DNA from: Raillietiella orientalis
Taxonomy: Eukaryota
Length of the DNA: 64,000 bases
Direction of reading: 5' to 3'
Assembly: GCA_036172245.1 (NCBI GenBank)
Contig: JAYWIR010000002.1
Location: 806,001-870,000 of the forward strand
The stretch's first letter is position 1, and the number at the start of each line of letters is the position of its first letter. Below the pieces are notes generated by a model. It saw only the letters and a list, made by a program, of their open reading frames with translations, made no database searches and was not told the DNA's origin. The translations under genes were made by a program, and so were the position numbers. Positions 63,158 through 64,000 of this stretch are shown here, piece by piece.

Positions 63158-64000
63158 TTTATTTATAAAACCAACGCGTCTGTGGCAGGACGTTTGATCC
63201 TGCCACGTCACTTATAACTACGAGAAGAAACCTGCCGGGAACTGGCCCGCAGGCCAGCAGGGCTCGCCTCGGCAGCACAGGGGAAGGGGAGACAAACAAA
63301 AGAGGAAAAAAATAAAACGAAAAACACATGCAGTCAAAAAACTGGAGGGGTTCGGGAAGGAATCCTGGCCTCGCTTCTTGGCCTTTTAGCTAAGATCAAA
63401 GTGGAAGGAATCTCTGTGTGCTGGAGGGTGTCCTCTGCATCCTTGTAAGGAGGTCGGCAAGTTCCTGTTCCGAAGCTCCCGGATGGGATCATCTCGACGC
63501 TATCCTCGTGAAGGGGGGGACAGCAAAATAGACGGCGTCCCAGTAGTCCTGGCCTCCTCTGGAGTTGCTCCATGCAGCCACGGTCTCGCCGCGTGGGCAG
63601 CAAAGTGCTGCTAGGCATGCTGCTGGCGTGAGGGCGTCGTGCAGGAAGAGGCGTTTCAGGTCTCTGGGGTTACCCTCGGGGATCTGCAGAAAAACGTCCC
63701 CAAAGGGGCAGGAGGGCAACACAATCCACTAGGAGGTGCAGGAGGGATTCCCCCTGCCCGCACCTAGCACGATTTGGGTCCACCTCTCCCCCTGTATACA
63801 GTGATGCCGGCGGGCGTTGCACGGGAGACCCCAGTGCAGCAGCCTCAATGCTGACTTCTGCCACTTTAAGGGGAGCGTGCGGGTGTTTATGAGCACCGCT
63901 TCAGATCTTCTTCCAGAATGCCCACTAGCAAACTCCCCAGAGCAAAAGTCCATGAGGTCAAGCACTCGGGATCACAGCGTCAGTGAGCTGGCCCATCGTC
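63158..64000 (-). mobile_element. L1/Tx1-like LINE 3' end, right copy (runs off the window)
   Basis: Reverse complement of 59843-60685. Mirrored coordinates sum to 123843 throughout and the mirrored ORF translations are identical. Confidence 0.65.
63371..63403 (+). pseudogene. 3'-truncated U2 snRNA fragment (about nt 2-34), right copy
   Basis: TCGCTTCTTGGCCTTTTAGCTAAGATCAAAGTG flanked by GGAAGGAATC at 63355-63364 and 63403-63412. Confidence 0.85.

Larger units (their letters stand above)
59843..64000. repeat. Long inverted repeat: arms 59843-60691 and 63152-64000 (at least 849 bp, no difference seen), diverged inward extension to about 60853/62970
   Basis: Direct reverse-complement comparison; four ORFs are mirrored exactly in the track. 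Confidence 0.95.

Noticed and set aside
63371-63560. Functional U2 snRNA gene
   Set aside because: Similarity stops at about nt 34; the branch-point recognition region and Sm site are missing.
59843-64000. Inverted arms as terminal inverted repeats of a DNA transposon
   Set aside because: The arms encode LINE C-terminal motifs, and the spacer has no transposase-like ORF.
1-64000. CRISPR arrays, operons or other prokaryotic systems
   Set aside because: No regularly spaced repeats; spliceosomal introns show eukaryotic DNA.

Overview
Eukaryotic, animal-type genomic DNA with GT-AG introns, CpG-rich GC islands and microsatellites; the arthropod-type U2 sequence and apterous-type genes suggest an arthropod, but the species cannot be determined. 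The window holds two intact, head-to-tail LIM-homeobox genes of the apterous/Lhx2/9 family on the minus strand. I reconstructed both as 5-coding-exon genes with consistent splice phases: gene 1 (8884-16032, 390 aa, apB-like) and gene 2 (38534-50522, 489 aa, apA-like with a more divergent homeodomain). The rest is intronic/intergenic DNA with decayed non-LTR retrotransposon remnants, including a recognisable NeSL/Utopia-type RLE fragment at about 53.9-54.4 kb. The most unusual structure is at 59.5-64 kb. Two apparently identical, inverted copies of an L1/Tx1-like 3' end each carry a TSD-flanked, tailless U2 snRNA fragment. Each is joined at the same nucleotide to a different, clearly diverged copy of a tRNA-derived SINE, which suggests SINE-targeted insertion (gene conversion or assembly collapse are alternatives). 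Almost all other ORFs in the track are spurious GC-rich frames. Family comparisons are from recalled motifs, not database searches.
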